This document shows positions 19,637 to 29,600 of a DNA stretch of 64,000 nucleotides, piece by piece (the stretch's first letter is position 1; every line of letters begins with the position of its first letter). The stretch is taken from assembly GCA_965248265.1 (NCBI GenBank), contig CBDFJF010000001.1, positions 800,001 through 864,000 of the forward strand. The letters run 5' to 3'. This DNA is from Candidatus Latescibacterota bacterium. Lineage in GTDB: Bacteria > Latescibacterota > UBA2968 > UBA8231. A model generated the notes under the pieces. That model was given only the letters and a program-made list of their open reading frames with translations. It searched no databases and was not told where the DNA came from. The translations under genes and the position numbers were made by a program.

Positions 19637-19665
19637 CGCCCGTCAGTTCCTATATCTGACGGGCG
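19637..19665. repeat. 29-bp REP-like palindrome, copy 2
   Basis: CGCCCGTCAG-TTCCTATAT-CTGACGGGCG; perfect 10-bp stem. Confidence 0.7.
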
Positions 19666-19699
19666 TCCCGGCAAGCACAACCTACCAGTCGAGGGATCA

Positions 19700-19943
19700 G
19701 TGCTCAAAGTCCGCGCAGCCACTGGTGATGACGCGGTTACTATCTCTGCGTTGAACCATGAATCGCTCGCATCAACGGATGGGAATCGGCACGGCACTCT
19801 TTGACAGCGTAAAAGACTGGGCAAATGAGCTGGACATCAAGTGCTTAGGACTGGATGTGTGGTCTTTCAACCAAGACGCGATCGCTTTCTATAAGGACAT
19901 GGGGTTTGAGATAGCCGAGCACACCATGTCGATGGATTTGTGA
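19700..19943 (+). pseudogene. GNAT acetyltransferase, internally deleted
   Basis: N-terminal LKVRAATGDDAVTISALN joined out of frame to HQRMGIGTAL..FNQDAIAFYKDMGF. Confidence 0.75.
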
Positions 19944-19970
19944 CCAGCTTCACTGACTCAAGCCCACAAC

Positions 19971-19999
19971 CGATCATCGCATCCTATGTCTGATGGTCG
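19971..19999. repeat. 29-bp REP-like palindrome, copy 3
   Basis: CGATCATCGCATCCTATGTCTGATGGTCG. Confidence 0.65.
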
Positions 20000-20129
20000 C
20001 CCACGATGATTATCGAAACGACTGACTGAAGGCGCCCCAAACCATCGCGGCACAGCACAGTGCGAGCCGTTCAATTGCGCGTTCTGTGGTAATCGCGTTC
20101 CCGTGTTCCATCATCATTACTAAGCTGCC

Positions 20130-22136
20130 ATGAACAAACCGCCCACCGAGCTTCCTACCCAGTCACCGAGGGCCGCCGAGGATTCATCAGCCGGCGGACT
20201 GGGGCGCATTACCATCCGTTCGGTGGTTACCGGGGCCCTGCTGTCCCTCATCATCAGCGTCGGTTTCACCTACGCGCGCGTGGCTCTGGGCAAGGGCAGC
20301 ATGTCTTCTGACTACATCACCCCGGGAGCCATCTGCATTCTCTTCGCCGTCATGGCACTCGTAAACCCCTGTATTAAGCTCGTGCGTCGCAGCTGGGGGT
20401 TCGACCGCGCCGAGCTCATCGTCATCTACATCATGCTCATCATCGCCTCGACGATTCCCACGGTGGGGTTCTCCGGACTCTTCGTAGGCACCTTGCCGGG
20501 TGTCTACTACTTCGCGACGCCGGAGAACAACTGGGCCGAGGTCCTGCATCCGCTCGTCAAGAGCTGGATGGTGCCCCAGGATGCCGATGCTATCAAGGAT
20601 TTCTACGAGGGGTTGCCCGCCGGCGCCTCGGTGCCGTGGGGGGCGTGGCTAGGACCATTGTCCGTTTGGACCAGCTTCATCATCGCCATCTATCTGATGA
20701 TGATCGCGGCAATGGTGCTGGTGCGCCGTCAGTGGGTCGAACGCGAACGACTGGCCTTTCCGCTGGTGCAACTGCCGCTCGATATGACGGAAACCGGGCA
20801 CGTCCGCGATCGGGTGAGCCCCTTCCTCAAGAATCCGGTGATGTGGGCGGGCTTTGTCGTTCCATTCTGCCTGCTCAGCGCCAGGGGATTACACTTCTAC
20901 TTTCCGGCCGTGCCGGAACCGGATTTCTACTCCGTCGCAAGGATGTTTAACAACACCACGGGATTGGTGTTCAACCTCAGCTTCACCGTCATCGGCTTCG
21001 CTTACCTGCTGAGTTTGCAGATCGCCGTCGGCTTCTGGTTCTTCCACCTGGTGACCAAGTTCTTCATGGGGTGGCAGATGATGACGGGATACCGGCTGCA
21101 GGGGGAGATCGAGTCCGGTATGGAGGGCACTCTCTTGGTCGCCTTCGTGACCACCGGCGCCATGATCGTCTTCGTCGTCTTCGGACTGTGGACGAGCCGC
21201 GGCCATCTGCGCGCGATCTGGCGAAAAGTAGTAACGGATGAGGGAGTCGACGACACCGATGAGATCCTCTCCTACCGGGCGGCGGTAGGAATCCTCCTCG
21301 TGTGCGGAGCCTACACAACCGTATGGCTGCACCTGTCGGGTCTGCCCCTGGCGATCGCCGTCGCCTTCCTGCTGCTGGCCTTCGCCATCTTCGTCTTCAT
21401 GGCTCGATTCGTCGCAGAGGGCGGACTCGGCTTCATGATGCCGCCGATGCCGGCTCAGCCCCTCATCATCAACTTCGCCGGCACGTCTGCTGTTACGGAT
21501 GCGGGCATTTTCAGCCTCGCACTGAGCTTCTCGTGGGCGGGTGATATCCGCATCCTGCTCATGGCCTCGGCCATCAATGCGATGAGGATGGCCCAGGGAG
21601 TGGGCTTGCTGCGGCGACCCCTGTTCTGGATCATCCTGCTGGCCATCATCACGAGTCTGGTGAGTTCGCTGGCGCTCCTCATCTGGGCCGCTTACGAGCA
21701 CGGAGGGGTCAATCTCGAACCCGGGTTCTTTTCTGGCGGCGCCAGCAACTTTGCCAGCTACAAGATCAGCAACCCGGTCTCGTTCGCGACCACGCCCGAT
21801 ATCATCTGGCCGCGGGCGCTGTGGACGGCGGTAGGCGGAGCCGTCATGGGAGGTCTGATCTCGCTGCGCCATCACTTTCTGTGGTGGCCGCTGCATCCGC
21901 TCGGATTCGTCGTGAGTGCGAGCACCATCAGCAGTCAGGCCTGGTTCAGCATCTTCATCGGCTCCCTCGTCAAAGCCATCGTGCTCAAATACGGCGGGGC
22001 CAAGCTCTACCACTCGGCACGGCCGTTCTTCCTGGGCCTGATCCTGGGCCAGATCGTCTGCGCCGGCGTCTGGCTCATCATCGACCTGATCGCCGGGGGC
22101 ACCGGCAACCGGGTAGCGGTGTTCGTGCAACGATGA
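20130..22136 (+). CDS. DUF6785/DUF6784-like polytopic membrane protein (putative transporter)
   Basis: Many TM helices; ATPENNW, RRQWVERERLAFPLVQLP, WWPLHPLGF, YGGAKLY..RPFFLGLILG. Confidence 0.8.
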   Translation: MNKPPTELPTQSPRAAEDSSAGGLGRITIRSVVTGALLSLIISVGFTYARVALGKGSMSSDYITPGAICILFAVMALVNPCIKLVRRSWGFDRAELIVIYIMLIIASTIPTVGFSGLFVGTLPGVYYFATPENNWAEVLHPLVKSWMVPQDADAIKDFYEGLPAGASVPWGAWLGPLSVWTSFIIAIYLMMIAAMVLVRRQWVERERLAFPLVQLPLDMTETGHVRDRVSPFLKNPVMWAGFVVPFCLLSARGLHFYFPAVPEPDFYSVARMFNNTTGLVFNLSFTVIGFAYLLSLQIAVGFWFFHLVTKFFMGWQMMTGYRLQGEIESGMEGTLLVAFVTTGAMIVFVVFGLWTSRGHLRAIWRKVVTDEGVDDTDEILSYRAAVGILLVCGAYTTVWLHLSGLPLAIAVAFLLLAFAIFVFMARFVAEGGLGFMMPPMPAQPLIINFAGTSAVTDAGIFSLALSFSWAGDIRILLMASAINAMRMAQGVGLLRRPLFWIILLAIITSLVSSLALLIWAAYEHGGVNLEPGFFSGGASNFASYKISNPVSFATTPDIIWPRALWTAVGGAVMGGLISLRHHFLWWPLHPLGFVVSASTISSQAWFSIFIGSLVKAIVLKYGGAKLYHSARPFFLGLILGQIVCAGVWLIIDLIAGGTGNRVAVFVQR

Positions 22137-22366
22137 TTGAAGGAGAGACCGTTCCGTGTCACTATCATGGGGAATCAGGTGGGCGGAATAAGCAGTGGAG
22201 CGCCAGTTGATGGACCTGATCGAGGAATTGGCTGAAGGTGAGACTCATGATCCACCTCCGGCTTTCAACAAGCGCCTAAAATCCCGCCTCTGGGTCCGTC
22301 TGTCTTTACCTCGCGATTGCGGCGCTACGCGCCTCCGCGCAACTCATCTCAACCTATCACTTCCTT

Positions 22367-22669
22367 TCAGAAATCCGCAGCTGCCTTCGGCTCCAGTGGA
22401 AAATCGTGAAATGGAATCGGCTTTCCACGCTCATCAACAACCAGCACGCCATTCACAATTCCGGCCATGTAGTTGCCGTACCCAGCAGCAGATCCGGAAT
22501 ACTTGACGGGCGATACCACCTTGCCTTCATGCAGTCTGCTCCGAACTGCCGATCTTTCTCGCTTATTGCTCCGCCTGCCAGCAGCCGACGGCTCTTGTAT
22601 TTTCGGCTCCTTCTTTCCCTTCTTCTTGGGTGCCCCGTGACCCCCTCGACCAGGTTTCTTGTCTGCCAT
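22367..22669 (-). CDS. Small basic hypothetical protein
   Basis: AAGGAG RBS; Lys/Arg-rich N-terminal half, compact beta-rich C-terminal half. Confidence 0.65.
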   Translation of the reverse strand: MADKKPGRGGHGAPKKKGKKEPKIQEPSAAGRRSNKRERSAVRSRLHEGKVVSPVKYSGSAAGYGNYMAGIVNGVLVVDERGKPIPFHDFPLEPKAAADF

Positions 22670-22889
22670 CTTGACCACTCCTTTGTGTACGGCCGGCTCG
22701 TAGCCGGCCATCAAGAGATCATGTTGCCTGGGTCTCTCTGGTTGTCAACGCTGCTGTTGGCAACAGGGAGCCCGATGATTCTCGGTACTGTGAACTAAGA
22801 AAACGCTCCCACCTGCGCAACAAGAATGCGCCCTCGCCGACTTCGTACGGCGTCCAAACCCAACAATTCAAGCTCTGGACGTCGGCTAG

Positions 22890-23048
22890 GAACTGTTCAT
22901 CATGAACGCGGATGGGTCAGACGTACAGCAACTGACGATCCCCGGTCAGTCAACCGCCGGAGTTAGCCCTGCCTGGTCTCCGCAATTGCCTCCTACAGCG
23001 GTATTCGAGCGGACCTGGGCCGACGTCAAATTCGACCAAGCAAAGTAG
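22890..23048 (+). pseudogene. TolB/PD40-repeat protein C-terminal relic
   Basis: ELFIMNADGSDVQQLT..SPAWSP then TAVFERTWADVK*; no 5' part of the gene. Confidence 0.65.
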
Positions 23049-23408
23049 CTTCACAGCCAGGTGGGCGGACACGGTCAGCCCTCAACGGTGAGGGCGGCAG
23101 TCGGCGCTGACTGAATTGGCCTCGGCCCAATCCTACCTCGAAGGAGTCGGCCTGCCCGCAGGGCCGCCGCCGATCGCGTCCTTCTCTGCAGCACGAGCCC
23201 GAATTCACCGACGGATCGCTCCGCTACGGATGACAACCCACACTGCCCCCAATCGATGCCCTTCTGGATCCGCATGAGGGATCGACGCAAGGTCGGGCGG
23301 CCTCCCCTTGCCTACCTGACGTCATTCCTTGAGCAAGCCGACTTGTCCGTTTGTACCCCTGTAGCTGCCTGTCAGATGCGGAATGCGAAGGGCGGTTGGC
23401 GTCCGATC

Positions 23409-24536
23409 TCACTGTCTACTGGGGCTCGATTTGAGCGTGATTTTGCCTTCCCGCGCCAATTGCTCGGCAATCCTGACGATCACTCGGTATTTCTCAGCGA
23501 TCACCTCCCGCGAATAGCTGGTCAATTGTATGGCCTCGGTCTCATCCTCCATCCAGCGACGTACTCGTTGCGACATCTGGTTCAGAAATACGTGTCGGAT
23601 TTCGACATCCATTTCCCGCAGCGCCTCCTGTAGGTCGCGTTGGTCGACGCGGCGCAGGACCTCCTCGATCTCAGAAGGCTGTAGGTGAGTGACTCTCTCA
23701 AATTCAGGCACCTCCAAGTGTAGCCAACAGCGGGTGGCATACCGTCGGCTGAATCCGTATTCCAGATCATCCACACCAGACTCCTTGAATCTCTCCAGGG
23801 CTTTGGCCCACTTCCTTTCCCTGTAGAGCTTCAACCCCTCGTCGTATCGGGCCATGAGCAGGACGTCTTCTTCAGTCAGCTCGCCCTTTCGGCATACGAT
23901 TCCGTAAACGGTAACAGGTTCTTGAAAATTAGCGTAGGTAATACGGTCTAGTTCCTGGACCTCGAACTGCTCGTCGATTCTCGTCCGGGTGTCCGCGCTG
24001 ATCACGGTGGATGCACCCATCCTGCGTTCCACATGTACCAACCGCTTGGCCAAGTTCAGGGCATCGCCTGCTACGGTGTACTCAGCCCGGTGTGTAGAAC
24101 CCATGTTGCCTACGACGACCTCACCGGTGCTCAAGCCGGCTCGCAGCTTCAATCCCGTCTCGGCGCCCCATTTGGTACTGAGTCGCTCCCTCATTTCTAG
24201 CGACGCCGAGCAAGCGCGTTCTGCATGCTGGACATTGCGAACGGGATCTCCGAAGAATGCCACGACATTACCCTTGTCATATTTGTCAAGAGTACCGTCG
24301 TGCTCCAGAATGATATCTGTCATCTCAGTATTGTATTCGAAGAGGAATTTAGCCTCTTCGATTGCGCTCAGCTCCCTCGCATACGCGCCGAATCCCACGA
24401 GTTCGGTGCACATGACGGTGACCTCGACTGACTCGAAGCGATGTTCGAGGTCGGGACTGGGTCGCCTCCCCTCCATTGTCTCTTCAACCATCTTGAGTGC
24501 CTCCTTCTTCAGCTTTCGGGCACGATGCATCCGCAT
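23409..24536 (-). CDS. Class III nucleotide cyclase-like domain + TPR-like helices + FliG C-terminal-like domain
   Basis: GTLDKY, RAGLSTGEVVVGNMGS, YTVAGDALNLAKRL; C-terminal IEEVLRRVD..LNQMSQR..IVRIAEQLAREGKI. Confidence 0.8.
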   Translation of the reverse strand: MRMHRARKLKKEALKMVEETMEGRRPSPDLEHRFESVEVTVMCTELVGFGAYARELSAIEEAKFLFEYNTEMTDIILEHDGTLDKYDKGNVVAFFGDPVRNVQHAERACSASLEMRERLSTKWGAETGLKLRAGLSTGEVVVGNMGSTHRAEYTVAGDALNLAKRLVHVERRMGASTVISADTRTRIDEQFEVQELDRITYANFQEPVTVYGIVCRKGELTEEDVLLMARYDEGLKLYRERKWAKALERFKESGVDDLEYGFSRRYATRCWLHLEVPEFERVTHLQPSEIEEVLRRVDQRDLQEALREMDVEIRHVFLNQMSQRVRRWMEDETEAIQLTSYSREVIAEKYRVIVRIAEQLAREGKITLKSSPSRQ

Positions 24537-24699
24537 TTTGGGGCAACACTTATGCCCAGAAACGTGGCTATCAGGGCGACGGACTTTCCTCCAAGGTATT
24601 ACAGCGTGAGGGCCTGGCTTGTCTCAAGAATTTGGCTCTGCTATGGGTTCACGAAGTCAAACCGTATCTTCTTTTTGTGATGCTGAATCGAACCCCTTT

Positions 24700-25032
24700 G
24701 AGATGCGATCCGCTTGCACCTTAATATATGTCGACGCTCTGTGCCCAGAATTCTTCACATGGGGAGATCACATCTTTCGAGCGGTAGCCATGGAGAACAT
24801 GGTGGGAGTAGCAGTGGCAAACTACTTTGTAGAGCCGGGAAAGCCAGGACAGTCAGTTGCTTTCGACGGGATGGTTTATCTCAAGAGCGGAAATGGAGAG
24901 CTCAGAAGAGAAAATCTCGTGGTCAGCTCTGAAAAGAGCGAGGGTGTGTATTTGGCCAATTTCGATCTGGAAGCCATGCGGGAGTACATCGGTATTCGAA
25001 CCGATGACCTCGCTTCCAAGCTACCTGACTGA
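24700..25032 (+). pseudogene. Carbon-nitrogen hydrolase C-terminal fragment
   Basis: FRAVAMENMVGVAVANY..GQSVAFDG..EGVYLANFDLEAMREY; catalytic N-terminal part missing. Confidence 0.6.
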
Positions 25033-25126
25033 CCATCACATCCATACGGCGATTCCCGGATGCTGCCGGCCGTCGCGGTGATGGCGATCATGTGGGAGGG
25101 ACATTGTGGAGAAAGAGGAGGAGATT

Positions 25127-26662
25127 GTGACGGACGCCACTCAGGTATGGCCAGTCGGAACACGCAAGCAGCTGCTGTTTGACGATCGCTTCGTCGAGTG
25201 GACCGAGGGCGTACAGTTCACGGTCAATCCCCCGCTCGAGTGCACACCCGTCAATCTGCCACCTGTGAGCGGTCTGCACGCCCGTCACTTCCTGACGGTC
25301 CTCGACGTCGACGGTCGTTTCTGGATGTACTACCACCTGAGGCCAGACGAGACGCGCGAACGTGATTGCGTGAACAGTTTCTGCTGCCTGGCCTACTCGG
25401 ACGACGGCATCGACTGGGAGCTGGCACCCGTGGACCAGTTCGAGGTGGAGGGATCGAGGCGGAACAACGCGGTCATGGCCGGAACGGTCGGCACGCCGTT
25501 CCTCGACCCCCAGGAGACGCTCGGCTGCAGATTCTGGTTTGCGGGGATACTGGGCGAGCGCAACGAGCCGCCGTTCTGGGACGAAGCGAAGGGTACATAC
25601 TTCGGCGGCTACGACGCCCCCGACGGCACCCGGCCGGTGCACGCCGGGTTGTACCTCCTTCATTCCGAGGACGGCCTGTCGTGGCGCCGGCAGCGCAGCG
25701 GCGTCATCGTTCCTTTTCGTTGCGACTCGCAGAACCAGGTCCTCTACGATGCGCGCGTCGGCGCTTACGTCGCCTACGTGCGCGGAGCCTCGCCGGTGCC
25801 GGGAAGAAGGCGGACGGTCGCTCGTGTGACCTCACCCTCGCTCACACAGTTGCCGTTCAATTATGCTGAGGACCCCACGTTGCCCATAAGCCCAATGGGG
25901 CTTCACGACCGGCTGCCGCCGCAATGCGCCCCCTTCATCATCGAGGCTGATGATCGCGATCCGCCAGCCACGGACGTCTACACGCCCTGCGTCAACCCCT
26001 ATGAATGGGCCGACGACGCCATCTTTTCGTTCCCGGCGGTGTACCGTCAATACACGGGGCACGACAGCCATGGGCGGGATCAGCGGGGGCAGATCACCAA
26101 CGACGGCCCTGTGGACGTGCAGCTTGCCGTGAGCCGAGACGGCATCAAATTCGAGCGCTACCGTACACCTTACGTTGGTGTAGGTCTGATAGACGAGCCG
26201 CAACAGGGGGGAATGAGCTACATGGGCGTGGGACTGGTGCGGCGCGGAAACTACATCTACCAGTACTACGCCGAGGGAGCGTCCACCCACGGTGTCCACG
26301 AGCGCGATGCGCGTATCTGGCGGGCCAAACAGCGTCTGGACGGTTTCGTCTCGGTCGATGCTGGACCCGACGGGGGGTGGTTCGTGACACCGCCGATCGA
26401 GTTCGAAGGCAACCGTCTGTTGCTGAACATCGACTGCGGCGCCATGGGCGAGGCGTGGATCGAGCTCCAGGACGAAACCGGTAAGCCCTTGCCCGGCTAC
26501 ACGTTGGAGGACGCCGTGTCGGTCGACCGAAACGGTGTCGCGCAGGAGGTCTGGTGGCGGGGAGGCCCGGACCTAGGCTCACTGAGTGGCCTCCCTGTCA
26601 GGTTGAAAATCAAGATGCGTTCGGCGAAGCTCTACGCGTTCCAGTTCGTGGAGGCCGGCTAA
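25127..26662 (+). CDS. GH-like beta-propeller + beta-sandwich
   Basis: GAGGAGGAG RBS before GTG; KQLLFDD, SDDGIDW, SEDGLSW, CDSQNQ, RLDGFVS, AKLYAFQF. Confidence 0.82.
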   Translation: MTDATQVWPVGTRKQLLFDDRFVEWTEGVQFTVNPPLECTPVNLPPVSGLHARHFLTVLDVDGRFWMYYHLRPDETRERDCVNSFCCLAYSDDGIDWELAPVDQFEVEGSRRNNAVMAGTVGTPFLDPQETLGCRFWFAGILGERNEPPFWDEAKGTYFGGYDAPDGTRPVHAGLYLLHSEDGLSWRRQRSGVIVPFRCDSQNQVLYDARVGAYVAYVRGASPVPGRRRTVARVTSPSLTQLPFNYAEDPTLPISPMGLHDRLPPQCAPFIIEADDRDPPATDVYTPCVNPYEWADDAIFSFPAVYRQYTGHDSHGRDQRGQITNDGPVDVQLAVSRDGIKFERYRTPYVGVGLIDEPQQGGMSYMGVGLVRRGNYIYQYYAEGASTHGVHERDARIWRAKQRLDGFVSVDAGPDGGWFVTPPIEFEGNRLLLNIDCGAMGEAWIELQDETGKPLPGYTLEDAVSVDRNGVAQEVWWRGGPDLGSLSGLPVRLKIKMRSAKLYAFQFVEAG

Positions 26663-26684
26663 TCTCGGTAAAGAGGAGAGACAG

Positions 26685-29600
26685 ATGAGCGCGCTCAGAC
26701 GAGTTGGTCTGCTATGGATTGTGGCGGTAACTGCGGGCTCTGTGTTTGCTGCTCGGGCACCGGCCGCTGCGACGGGAGCGTTCGCCGACGTGCCGTTCCA
26801 ATCCGGCGCAGGGCCTTCGGTCAGAGAAGATGACCTCGACGGCGATGGGCATCGTGAGGTGATCCTCGAGAACGCCCACGTCAGGCTCATCTTCGCGCCT
26901 GCGATGGGTGGCGTGTGCCGGAGCTTGCGGCTGAAACCCTCGGGCACCGAGCTGGTTAATGCTCAAGGAAGCGGTTATGGCGCCCTGCGAGACCAATTGT
27001 GGTGGCCGCGCTACAGTTTCGCGGACCGTGTTTACTTCCACCGGCACGAGCAGACCCGCGACACGGCCTCCGTCGAGATGTGGACGACGGGCGTCGGCGG
27101 CATGATGAGCTTCACCGAGATCCGTAAGCGCATTACGATCACGCGTGACAGCGAGACGATCAACGTCGAGTACCGGCTGACCAACGAGCCATCGTCGCAG
27201 ACCGACTTTGACTACGGCTTCTGGTCGCACAACGAGCTGGGAGTACCGGGGCGCCTCAACACCTACTTCTTCCCCACCACCGAGGGCGTGCGCTCATTCA
27301 CCCTCGATCCATCGAAGGCCACGACGAGCAGCGAAACCTGGTATCGCAACCCCGCCCGCGGGTGGACGGCCGTCCTCTCGGACCAGGGCACAGGGTTGGC
27401 TGTCGAGGTGCCCTACCGATACCTGAACCGCTTCTACCACCGGCACGATGCGGGGTCGTCAGCGGCGACGCATGAGTGGTGGCTCAATCTCATCGAGGTT
27501 GATGCCGGCGAGGAACTGCAGGCCGATTTCACCTTCACTCCGTTTGATGGGCTGAGCCGAGTGGACGGTGTCGTCGGGGGCGTGGTCGGGGAAATCGAAG
27601 GCGAGGTTCAAGGCAACACGCTCGAAGTCGTGGCGCGACTGGTGACGCCTCGCGGGCAGCCGGAAGCCGCGGCAGAGCTGCGCCTGCTGTCACCCGGAGA
27701 CAGCGGTTACGTGCTGGACCGCGCGGTGCTCAAGCCGGGTGCGACTGTTGAATTGAAAGCCCGCGCCAAGGGGCTGCAGCCGGGGGTCCACCGAGCAAGT
27801 GTTCGCCTTGCGCGCCGGCAAGACGCCCTGGGCAGCTTCGAACGGGCTTTCGCAGTCGGTGGTGCCCCATTGGTGCATGAGCTCGAGCCCGAGGGCGAGC
27901 GCGTGGGGCGCGCCGAGCCGGAGGATCCACGCCTGCATTATTGGAGGGAGCGGCCGGGACACGACATCAGCGCGGAAGTCGTCACACCTCACATCCCGTG
28001 GGCGCGCCCCTTCGCCGGCGGCAAGATCCGCGCCCTCGTCCTCCTCGACGACATGAATTCCCGTGAAGCAGTCGAGCTGGCTCAGCGACTCGACCTCGAG
28101 CTCGACTACGTCAAGTTCCGCAGCTCACTGGAAGAACAGTTCCTCTATCAAGGTGACCAGAGCATCCAATCCCTCGAGGCCGCCCAGCGCAAGTTGGCGG
28201 AGAAGCTGCGCACCCGCTACGACGTCATCGTGATCGCCGGGTTCAGATGGGACTTCCACTTTACCGACGAACTTCGCGCCGCGATGCTCGAACAGGTCCG
28301 CAGTGGAACGGGCCTTGTCCTCATTCAACCCGACGGATTCGACGAGACGGCAGCGCGCCAACTCCCGGTCGCAGGCGTCGCCAAGCAGGGCAATGCCGCG
28401 CGTCCCATGAGCCCGTGGTTCCGAAACCAGACGACGGTGGGCCCGCGCCTAGGCGGCCGCATCAGCGCCTGGCATAGATGGGCGCAGGCCGGCGCGCATC
28501 CGCTTGTCACCGGTCTGGACTGGGATCGGTTCCCCAAGACCCGCCGGCACGAGTTCGACATCCCGCCGCAGGGCGAGGTGGTCGCCACCATAGGCGACGA
28601 CGACGCACCGCTTTTGACCCTGGGCACCTTGGGCAAGGGTCGCGTCGTCGGTGGAACGTGGGACACGCTGACCCACCCAATGACCTATCGAGGCTTCAGC
28701 GGTCTGACCCCGGTCCTCAGCCACCGCGGAGCCTGGCTACGCCCCGACTTCGCCTCGCTGCCGAAGAACTACCACGAGTGGTGGTTCGCGCTGTTGACGC
28801 GGTTGACCGCATGGGCGGCCGGCCGCGACACCGGTGTCAGCATCACGGCTGCGCCACCTGTTTCAGGGCAGCTCGGCAACCCCCTTGAGGTGAGCTTGAC
28901 GATTCGCAGTGAGCGCGCGGTGCCCGATGCGTATGTCGAGATCCATTGGTTCAGCAGCATCGGCGAGCCATACGCACTGACAAAAACGCCCGCGGTGCTG
29001 AGCCGCGGCCAGACCACCCTCTCACTGCCCGTGCCACCACAGACACTGGCCCACACAAACACAGCGTGCTTCATCATCCGCGATGCCGCAGGCGCTTCGC
29101 TCGCATGGGGCTTCACCAGCGTTGACCTTGCCGTGCCGACGTGGCTCGCACAGCTGCAGCTCGAGCCCGACACCTTCGTGCCACAGGGCGGCGTTTGGCA
29201 GGAGGACAGCGCAGTTGAGACCCGTGCCTTCAGGCCGTCGCAGCCTATGCGCGCCGCTGTCCAGCTTGCCATGCCGGCGCCCCAAGCGCTCGTCGTGCAC
29301 TTCACCTTCACCGACAGCCACGGACGGATTCTGGCGCGCGCGCGAACCGATGTGGCCGCAGGCGCAACACGAGCCGACGTCGTGCTGGAGCCTCCATCCC
29401 TGGTGCATCAGGGCATCGAGGTGACGGCGAAGCTGGCGGATGCTCATCGCGTTTGGGACGTCCAGCGCGCTCGGGCCGTTGCCCATCGTCCCCGGGTGTG
29501 GAACCGGTTCTGGTACACATCGTGGGGCGGACAGTACCTGTGGCGGACGAAGTATCTGTTCGATTTCAACAGTCGCCTGGTCCGGGACTGGGGTCTCGAT

